Positions 57,044 to 64,000 of a stretch of DNA of 64,000 bases are shown here, in pieces. The position numbers and the translations under genes were made by a program. The number at the start of each line of letters is the position of its first letter. Within the stretch, counting starts at the first letter, position 1. The notes under the pieces are model-generated. The model made no database searches and was not told the origin of the DNA. It was given only the letters and a program-made list of their open reading frames with translations. The stretch lies in the sequence record NC_091964.1. One strand, given 5' to 3'.

Positions 57044-59512
57044 ATGACTACTCAATGGGAATATGAGTTCGACCCCTACGGCGACAATCCGAATAACCTG
57101 ATTGTTGACGAACCTCATACCATTACACCTGCCAATGGCAAAAATTTTAGCTTCTTTATCCCGAAGAAAGGACCGTTCCATCGCCGTTCTGTCATCGTAA
57201 AAGATCGTAAATCCGGTGCTCGTTTGAATATCGGTACGGACTGGTACGTTGGCTGGCGTTACGACGACATCATCCTTTCTGGTTCGGTTCAGCCGGTATA
57301 CGGCGCGATCGTTCTGAATGACCCGACTAAGTCGTACGATGTGTTGGTTACGTATCGAACTGTAGGTGGACCAACTGTTCTTGACGGTCAAGAAATCGTT
57401 AAGTTGTTGGCGAACACTCAGCGAGATCCACGCCGCGCATTGTGGACGGACGTTGTAGGCGTTCCTGACGAACTGCCGCCAATTCCGCACCGTCAGTCTA
57501 CCGGTGACTTAATCGGTTTCGACTCGATGGTAGAAGTGCTCTACAAAATCGCTGACAGTATCTCCGAAGGTAATGTCAAGTCGATGCAGGCACTGATGGA
57601 ACACGTTGCTGACCATCACAACCCTCACCGCATTACGCTCTCTGACCTTGGTATCGACGAACTAGGCAACTTGATCGCCGCTACTAAAGAAGAAGCAGAG
57701 GGTGGGACCGACAATACTCACTACATGACATCGCTGCGTGTTGCTCAATATAGCGCTGCGAAAATCATTCCGGTTATTGACGCCCATAAAAACGACAAGA
57801 ACAATCCGCATGGCACCACTAAGGCGCAAGTCGGGTTAGGTCTGGTAGAGAACTACCAGGTTGCTTCTTCTGTCGAGGCGGAAGCAGGGGTAGCGACTAA
57901 CCGCTACATGACACCTGCAACAACTGCTATCCTGATGCAGAAGAACTTTGTTCCGTTGCTTGATGCACATATCAGCGATAAACAGAACCCACACGGCACA
58001 ACCAAAGCACAGGTTGGTCTGGGGTCTGTTGATAACTTTGCTACAGCGACCTCCGCTGAAGCGGGTGCAGTTACTGCCACTAACCGTTTCATGACGCCAT
58101 ATGGTGTTGGCCTGGCTATTGCCTCGTACGCACCTACCGTTATGGAATACCATACCACTGACTACGATAACCCTCACAAAGTTACTAAAAGTCATGTTGG
58201 TCTGAGCAACGTTCAGAACTTTGGTATCGCAACGGTTCAGGAAGCGCTTGCTGGTACGGCTACCGATAAATACATCACTCCTTATCTCCTGTCGCAAGTT
58301 ATTGCTATCGGCGGAGGTGGTGGAGGTGGTGGTGATCTGGGTGCCCACATCGCTAACCACGATAACCCGCATATGGTTAATAAAAACCAGGTAGGGTTAG
58401 GTAGCGTTGAGAACTATGCGTCCGCTACTGCTGTAGAGATGAAGACTCTGACAGGCGATCCTCGCTATGTTACGACGACTTCTCTCAAAGGCTGGTTCGA
58501 TGCTGACGGTGGTGCAAGTCAGTTTATCAATGCTGCGTTCATCGGCTTAGATAAGGTCAAGAACTACGGCATTGCGACCGACAACGATATCCGCGCCGTT
58601 TCGAATGCGGCGTATGCTACTCCAGCAACTGTCGAGAAGATGATTGGTGATTCACTGATCAAAACCCCGATGCTGACCAACGAAGTCATTGACCCTGCTA
58701 CCTACACCGGCGTTCCTTATGCTGCTGTTGAAGTATCGTCTAGCTTCGGCGTAGACCCGCGTAAGAACGGATTCTCCGTCTCGTATGCGCTCGGGGAAAC
58801 GGCAGGTCAGACTACAGCTTATCTCCTTACCGATTTTGATCAAACGGGATCTCGTACTTATACGGGTACTCTTAATAACATCAAACCTGCTTTCCAGAAC
58901 GGCGTCGCATTCGCTGCCTTTACGGACAGTTCCGGTACTGAGTATACGCTGGGCATCGTGGTGACAGGTAATCTGCTCTATCTGGCTAACTTAGCAAATG
59001 GTCAGATCGATCTGTTGGATGCAGGTACAGCCATTACAGGCCTGACGAACACCGCTGCTTTTGGTATCACCTTTGACACCACTGCTAAGTCTTACAGTGT
59101 AGTAGTGACAATCGGTGGGAACAGCTACACGGTGAGCGGTACTGCTGCAACGCTTCAGACTCTCCTTGGCCTTGACCCGGCTGACGTAGCTGACACCTCC
59201 ATGAGTGGTGCCTACGGGTTTGTAGTTGAACTGGATGAGACGGGAGCGACTACCAACTCTACCCGCTACTCTTCTACTTATCTACCCAACTCTAAGGATA
59301 CTTTCGTTTATAACGTGAATAGCCGGACGAAGTGGAGTTACGATGGTACGAAGTGGGTTGTAGGGGAAATCCTGGAACCAGGTGATACAGCGACAATCGT
59401 TACGTTCAAACCGGGATCTACTTATTGGAACCCGATGACTGACGAGCTGTTCTTGGCTGTTACACCACGACACACTGTGGCGTACGGCATGGGTACTATT
59501 GTGGATGCCTAA
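57044..59512 (+). CDS. Tail fibre protein with NPH repeats (phiKZ gp145/146-type)
   Basis: N-terminus FDPYGDNPNNLIVDEPHTI; repeated H..D..NPH..TKAQVGLG.V.N; Gly8 hinge. Confidence 0.85.
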   Translation: MTTQWEYEFDPYGDNPNNLIVDEPHTITPANGKNFSFFIPKKGPFHRRSVIVKDRKSGARLNIGTDWYVGWRYDDIILSGSVQPVYGAIVLNDPTKSYDVLVTYRTVGGPTVLDGQEIVKLLANTQRDPRRALWTDVVGVPDELPPIPHRQSTGDLIGFDSMVEVLYKIADSISEGNVKSMQALMEHVADHHNPHRITLSDLGIDELGNLIAATKEEAEGGTDNTHYMTSLRVAQYSAAKIIPVIDAHKNDKNNPHGTTKAQVGLGLVENYQVASSVEAEAGVATNRYMTPATTAILMQKNFVPLLDAHISDKQNPHGTTKAQVGLGSVDNFATATSAEAGAVTATNRFMTPYGVGLAIASYAPTVMEYHTTDYDNPHKVTKSHVGLSNVQNFGIATVQEALAGTATDKYITPYLLSQVIAIGGGGGGGGDLGAHIANHDNPHMVNKNQVGLGSVENYASATAVEMKTLTGDPRYVTTTSLKGWFDADGGASQFINAAFIGLDKVKNYGIATDNDIRAVSNAAYATPATVEKMIGDSLIKTPMLTNEVIDPATYTGVPYAAVEVSSSFGVDPRKNGFSVSYALGETAGQTTAYLLTDFDQTGSRTYTGTLNNIKPAFQNGVAFAAFTDSSGTEYTLGIVVTGNLLYLANLANGQIDLLDAGTAITGLTNTAAFGITFDTTAKSYSVVVTIGGNSYTVSGTAATLQTLLGLDPADVADTSMSGAYGFVVELDETGATTNSTRYSSTYLPNSKDTFVYNVNSRTKWSYDGTKWVVGEILEPGDTATIVTFKPGSTYWNPMTDELFLAVTPRHTVAYGMGTIVDA
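57600..58570 (+). repeat. Five to six degenerate NPH-xx-TKAQVGLG repeats
   Basis: HVADHHNPHRITLSDLG, HKNDKNNPHGTTKAQVGLG, HISDKQNPHGTTKAQVGLG, HTTDYDNPHKVTKSHVGLS, HIANHDNPHMVNKNQVGLG, partial FIGLDKVKNY. Confidence 0.85.
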
Positions 59513-59525
59513 TTGAGTTAAGGTC

Positions 59526-59560
59526 GCGGGGAGGTTTCCCTCCCCCGCCCTTTATTTTTT
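59526..59560 (+). terminator. Terminator hairpin with one bulge
   Basis: GCGGGGAGG-TTTC-CCTCCCCCGC plus TTTATTTTTT. Confidence 0.7.
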
Positions 59561-59577
59561 GGTTCTTGGAGGATTCA

Positions 59578-60057
59578 ATGACTCTCATCGAACGTTTGAA
59601 AACAATCATGACGTTTATCGGACGTCGAGATAACCCTAACGAAGTAACTGCTGCACAGGCAGGTGCTTACAGCAAATCAGAAACAGAACAGCGACTTAAC
59701 CAGAAAATTCCTAATGGTATTCTTCCGATCTACGCGTTCGGGTCCTCGGATAGCACTGCGATTAAGTTCACTACATCTGGATTCAACTTAACCATTCCGG
59801 ATAAGCAACCCGTGTTGATTTACGGCACGCCGTTCACGCTGAACCCTGCGACACTCAGCGCTTCTGCTTTTCCTAACACTACTTCTTATTTAGTAGTGGA
59901 GCTTATCTCCGGCAACCCTCGTTATAGTCTTTACGCAAACAAGCCTAAAGATACTAACACTTGTATTAACATTGGTACTGTAACATGTAACGGTACTGCG
60001 ATCACCTCTGCCGTAATTAAAAAGGAAAGAGGGATTATCGCTTCTGAGGCAGTTTAG
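59578..60057 (+). CDS. Short tail-fibre-associated protein
   Basis: RBS GGAGG; RRDNPNEVTAAQAGAYSKSE motif. Confidence 0.72.
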   Translation: MTLIERLKTIMTFIGRRDNPNEVTAAQAGAYSKSETEQRLNQKIPNGILPIYAFGSSDSTAIKFTTSGFNLTIPDKQPVLIYGTPFTLNPATLSASAFPNTTSYLVVELISGNPRYSLYANKPKDTNTCINIGTVTCNGTAITSAVIKKERGIIASEAV

Positions 60058-60066
60058 GAGTAAGAT

Positions 60067-62730
60067 ATGAACATTTCCGAATTAGTTAAGGCAGCTGTTG
60101 CATACATGTCTAGTAAGTCTAACCCTGGACAAGTTACAGCAGCGCAGCTTGGATCATACAGCAAACAAGAACAAGATAACCTGTTCAGCGGGTTCCTTGA
60201 CGCCGGGTCTTTCAATGCTTCTAAGTATGGCGATAACTCATGGCCTCGTCCTAACGTATTAGGAAACTGGCGCGGCGGCCAGCGTAACGAAGTTTACGAT
60301 CGTTGTACGGTAATTGATGAGCCTGACGGTTCTTTCACTGTCATTGAGAATGCGACCGATGGCACATCAACTGGAGCGTATTATTCTTACGGTAAAGAAG
60401 AGTACATCGATGGCCAGTGGAAGTTCAGCTGGAACCCGACTCCGGTTGCATACAGTCCTCCTATCCTTACGAAGTATAATGGGACATGGAAAGTTAAGTG
60501 GATTGGATCTTCTGAAGGCAATACCGTTACCTGGGGTATGATGACGAACGTCGATACTCTGGAAGAGAAGTATTTCGTTTGCCTCACTAACGGAACAGGT
60601 GATTCTAAGCAGCATATTTGCACCGAGTTTACCCCTGACGCCTTGATCAATAATAAGACGAGAGCGTTCCTGGTACGCAATAACGCCGTGTTCGTTAACT
60701 TCGGTAACCCTACACTCAGTGTATTCACTATCCCGGTGAGCTCTATTCTGAGTGGTGCTGTTGCGACTCCGACAAGAATCACTAACTGGACAACAGATGG
60801 TGTAAATGGTCGTATCACGGATACCGACATCAAACTAGCGTCTATGGTTTCTTCTACTAACTCGGGGGATGACTCGATGATGTGGAAGGACAGTAACGGT
60901 TCTTTCTCGGGTGTCCAGGCAAGGGGATTCACTGCCAGTCACCCGACTGCTAATAAGTTCCGCCTCCATCTTTCCTACATGTACCGCTTTGTTTTCCCTG
61001 GTGGCGATATACTAGCGAAGGGATTCCATATTATCGATGTTGACCTGAGCGCTAAAACCGCTGTTGTATCTGCCAATACGCGTTATAAAGTTATGGCAGT
61101 CAACGACGGTATCATTCGCCTTAAGGCAAGTGGTGAGCAAGTAGGGTTGGGGGATCGTTACAATGGGACTCCGTGGAACTGGCATGGCGAGATAATGGTG
61201 ACTGACTCAGGTCGTCAAATCATCGTCAACTATCCTAACGAGGGATTAGGGAATATCAGCTCTGGTTATGTCGGGAAAGGAATCGGTACAACGGCATGGG
61301 ATAAGCTTGACCCTAGTAACTTTGTTTATTCCCAGGATTACGCTAAGCAGATCTACCGTCGCTTCGGTTCATTAGTTGGCGGCAATGCTTACCTTAAGAC
61401 AATGTTCCCAGGTAATGCAACGCTGCTGTACAGCACAGCCACAAATCCGGCTGACCAGGCCACACCTATGGGTATTTGGTCCTACACCAAAAACATAGGC
61501 GCCTATAATGGCTACAATTACAAAACTGATGTCGGTGCGTTAAAAGGTTATTATCCTTCCTCGGATAAAACTCGCGTAACCGCCCTGCAAGGCATAAACG
61601 CAATGACGACGCTCATGACAGGGAAAGATAAACGTGTAACAAACGTTTCGGCTGCCCTGCTTGATCCTGTACGTGGCGTACTCTCTGCCCCGTCTTCATT
61701 AGTATTAACAGACGGTAAAATTGTTGATGGCGGGAAGGGCGTGATCAGTGCGGCCAACGCAAACTTCATGGATGCGGTAGCTGCAAGTCAGGTAAATGCA
61801 GAAAGGGCAACGTTAGGGGCCGGTGATATTACAACGAAGTGTCAGTTGTGGATACCGCCGAAAGGTAAGCGTACTTATCCTCCGATAGCTATCATCGGGA
61901 TGTTCAATCCAGCGACGCTGGTAGCGATCCAGTTGTTCTACAACGTCAACGTAGTGATGCAGTCTGGCGATTTAAACAACGGTGTTATAGGGTCCATAAC
62001 GCTGGGAGATTTAATCTATCGTAATGCTCACACAGCTACGATTGGTTTCCAGCAGCAGGATATCTTCTCTGCGGGTTACGTGTACGAGCATTGTAACTCC
62101 AGTGATGCGCTGGTGTGGTCTGGTCTGTATGTACCGGCTCATTACTATTACGGCGTGGTTGGCGGTAACTACATTCCTCGCATTGGTGTTTCTATTCTGC
62201 CAGGCGAGAATAAGTATACGGCTTCTCGTTGTCGTTATAACCAGAGTTCTTCATGGTATCATGGACAAGATCCGAATCTTGTTGTCGATACTGTGGGCCC
62301 TGCATTTATTAACTTCACACTGACTCGCCAAGGCGGTGGCGCAGCTTTCTATTACCAGAAGCTGAACATCACTGACGACCCGATGTCATTCATCAACATT
62401 TCGATTAGCAGTGCTGATAATGCTAACTATATCTTAGTGAGCTCGCTCGTTTCCGATGAGTTTAAGATCTACTTTACGGATGACGAGGACTCGTTAATCG
62501 ATTCTGTTTACTATCTTATCAAATCAACCATCATCGATCTCGTTAACATTGACCCAAGTCCGGGCAATAAGAAGTTTTACGTCTATCTCAGTCTGGTAAA
62601 TGGCGAAGTATCTTATGTTATTAGTCGTAATGCCAATGAGAACTACGATCTTTATATCGGCTATGTCGTGACCAATGACACGCAGATTATTGAGATCGAG
62701 ATCGTTAAAGCGACGAAATTCGATTGGTGA
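60067..62730 (+). CDS. Tail fibre / receptor-binding protein, 887 aa
   Basis: SKSNPGQVTAAQLGSYSKQE at the N-terminus; long beta-rich body. Confidence 0.78.
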   Translation: MNISELVKAAVAYMSSKSNPGQVTAAQLGSYSKQEQDNLFSGFLDAGSFNASKYGDNSWPRPNVLGNWRGGQRNEVYDRCTVIDEPDGSFTVIENATDGTSTGAYYSYGKEEYIDGQWKFSWNPTPVAYSPPILTKYNGTWKVKWIGSSEGNTVTWGMMTNVDTLEEKYFVCLTNGTGDSKQHICTEFTPDALINNKTRAFLVRNNAVFVNFGNPTLSVFTIPVSSILSGAVATPTRITNWTTDGVNGRITDTDIKLASMVSSTNSGDDSMMWKDSNGSFSGVQARGFTASHPTANKFRLHLSYMYRFVFPGGDILAKGFHIIDVDLSAKTAVVSANTRYKVMAVNDGIIRLKASGEQVGLGDRYNGTPWNWHGEIMVTDSGRQIIVNYPNEGLGNISSGYVGKGIGTTAWDKLDPSNFVYSQDYAKQIYRRFGSLVGGNAYLKTMFPGNATLLYSTATNPADQATPMGIWSYTKNIGAYNGYNYKTDVGALKGYYPSSDKTRVTALQGINAMTTLMTGKDKRVTNVSAALLDPVRGVLSAPSSLVLTDGKIVDGGKGVISAANANFMDAVAASQVNAERATLGAGDITTKCQLWIPPKGKRTYPPIAIIGMFNPATLVAIQLFYNVNVVMQSGDLNNGVIGSITLGDLIYRNAHTATIGFQQQDIFSAGYVYEHCNSSDALVWSGLYVPAHYYYGVVGGNYIPRIGVSILPGENKYTASRCRYNQSSSWYHGQDPNLVVDTVGPAFINFTLTRQGGGAAFYYQKLNITDDPMSFINISISSADNANYILVSSLVSDEFKIYFTDDEDSLIDSVYYLIKSTIIDLVNIDPSPGNKKFYVYLSLVNGEVSYVISRNANENYDLYIGYVVTNDTQIIEIEIVKATKFDW

Positions 62731-62746
62731 CCTCAGGGAGGTTTAA

Positions 62747-63808
62747 ATGAAACAATCGGTGGAAAGGCTTCTTAAGTCTTTAGCCCCCGGTAGCTGGTTC
62801 CAGGGATCTCATTTGTTCGGAAAGAAAACGGCAAATAGCCCTGAACTTGAGGCCGGTGAATTAGTTAACCTCAGTACAGTCATTGGTTCCCCTTCGGAAC
62901 TTGACCAGATGCAGGGGATTAAGTTTAAAGATGTTTTCAGTACATGGAAACGCATTGCTTTAAACGGTAGTAACCCGAATGCGTCACCGGAGGAGCTGGA
63001 TACCTGGTCTTTCGACGATGCGACTGATACAGTTCATTGTACAGTTAACTCTGTTTCCACCGTTGGTTTCATTAGCCCGAATGCCTACGATCATTATACG
63101 TTCGAGGTAGACATCTCGAGTTCGCATGGTGACGATGACGGGATCGGGCTATGTCTCGCCTATGTAGGTGAGGGAACCTCCGCTTACTCCCTTTGCCTTT
63201 ATCGACAGGGCGGGTCAAACGTTCAACCTGCGAAAAGTCCAGTTGCACCGTTTGCGCTGGTTTATCAACCTGGTGTCGCTAATCTTCCGGGATACGATCC
63301 TACAACCCGTAAGGTTGGCGGTGTAGTAGGTAACCTCGTCTTCCCTGACGGTACGCCTATCCCAGCAGAGGGCATCAGTACCAACGGACTTAACTTGGGA
63401 TGGGATGCACTGGGAGTAGTACGCGTTAAGGTTGTCCGTGAGGGTAACGTTATTACCTGCCAAACCTCGAAGGGACGCGGTGATTTAACTTACGACCCAG
63501 CGAACAAGTTTGTTATTGATCTCAATTCGTCAGACGACTTACGGAAATTCATCCCTCCGTGTCGTGTAGGCTTTATTGCATATAGCCAGCCGAATGCGAG
63601 TTTCAAATCACTTCTGCAACCGGGAGTGAATGATCAGATCATCGATGCACGTACTAACAGTGTATGGACCTACGACGGCACTAATTGGAACAACGCCCCT
63701 TTCACCGCAGAAAATGCACCAGTAAAAGAAGGGCGTATGTACAAGAATGCAATCACGGGTTCCCTTTATTACGTCGCGGGTGGTTTCAACTTCATCCGGC
63801 TAAATTAG
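62747..63808 (+). CDS. Tail-associated lectin-like protein, 353 aa
   Basis: YTFEVDISSSHGDDDGIGLCLAY...VRVKVVREGNVITCQTS resembles ConA-like beta sandwiches; RBS GGGAGG. Confidence 0.65.
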   Translation: MKQSVERLLKSLAPGSWFQGSHLFGKKTANSPELEAGELVNLSTVIGSPSELDQMQGIKFKDVFSTWKRIALNGSNPNASPEELDTWSFDDATDTVHCTVNSVSTVGFISPNAYDHYTFEVDISSSHGDDDGIGLCLAYVGEGTSAYSLCLYRQGGSNVQPAKSPVAPFALVYQPGVANLPGYDPTTRKVGGVVGNLVFPDGTPIPAEGISTNGLNLGWDALGVVRVKVVREGNVITCQTSKGRGDLTYDPANKFVIDLNSSDDLRKFIPPCRVGFIAYSQPNASFKSLLQPGVNDQIIDARTNSVWTYDGTNWNNAPFTAENAPVKEGRMYKNAITGSLYYVAGGFNFIRLN

Positions 63809-63820
63809 TAGGGAATAGAG

Positions 63821-64000
63821 ATGGCTAACAATTTTATTAAGAAGTATCCGTTAGACCGGACAGCCAAAGCGGTATCGAACCGTATCGAAGACGAGCAACA
63901 TAACGTCGGCGTTCAGTTCAACCGTATTGTGGCTCCGAATGCCGGTCCGTATTACGAAGACTCCATGGTGGTCTACGATACGAACGGTAACGAACTGAAG
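63821..64000 (+). CDS. Tail fibre protein N-terminus (partial, runs off the window)
   Basis: MANNFIKKYPLDRTAKAVSNRIEDEQH...IVAPNAGPYY parallels the start of 57044 (FDPYG..NLIVDEPH...PKKGPFH). Confidence 0.75.
   Translation, partial: MANNFIKKYPLDRTAKAVSNRIEDEQHNVGVQFNRIVAPNAGPYYEDSMVVYDTNGNELK

Noticed and set aside
58311-58335. Poly-Gly tracts (also about 12018-12040) as contingency loci
   Set aside because: Encoded by mixed GGT/GGA/GGC codons rather than a pure repeat; ordinary flexible linkers.
3315-59560. Many similar GC hairpins as a possible repeat family, CRISPR array or MITE
   Set aside because: Stems differ in sequence, sit at gene ends and have no spacers or target duplications; explained as terminators.

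Overview
64 kb of a phiKZ-related (Chimalliviridae-type) jumbo myophage genome; the host and exact phage cannot be determined from the sequence. The window holds the conserved core: a virion RNA polymerase beta-prime C-terminal subunit, a split family-B DNA polymerase (exonuclease plus motif A half), inner-head proteins with S/A-x-E maturation sites, baseplate/tail proteins, DnaB helicase, major capsid protein (MCP), a non-virion RNAP beta N-terminal subunit, portal, RuvC, thymidylate kinase, an embedded spanin pair and the start of a tail-fibre cluster. The main observation is an unannotated 48-codon in-frame extension behind the MCP stop (TGA-C), inside the same transcript. It carries a short motif (LxxIFxDxxLDGFxxP) that also occurs in five baseplate-region proteins, which suggests programmed stop-codon readthrough and a shared assembly/docking peptide. 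Two further families of short N-terminal tags recur on unrelated proteins (MS[IV]T[KR]R[IV]LG and MLE[TNS][ILM]L). phiKZ gp numbers come from remembered synteny and motifs, not from a database search. No tRNA, CRISPR array, intron, intein or IS element was seen.
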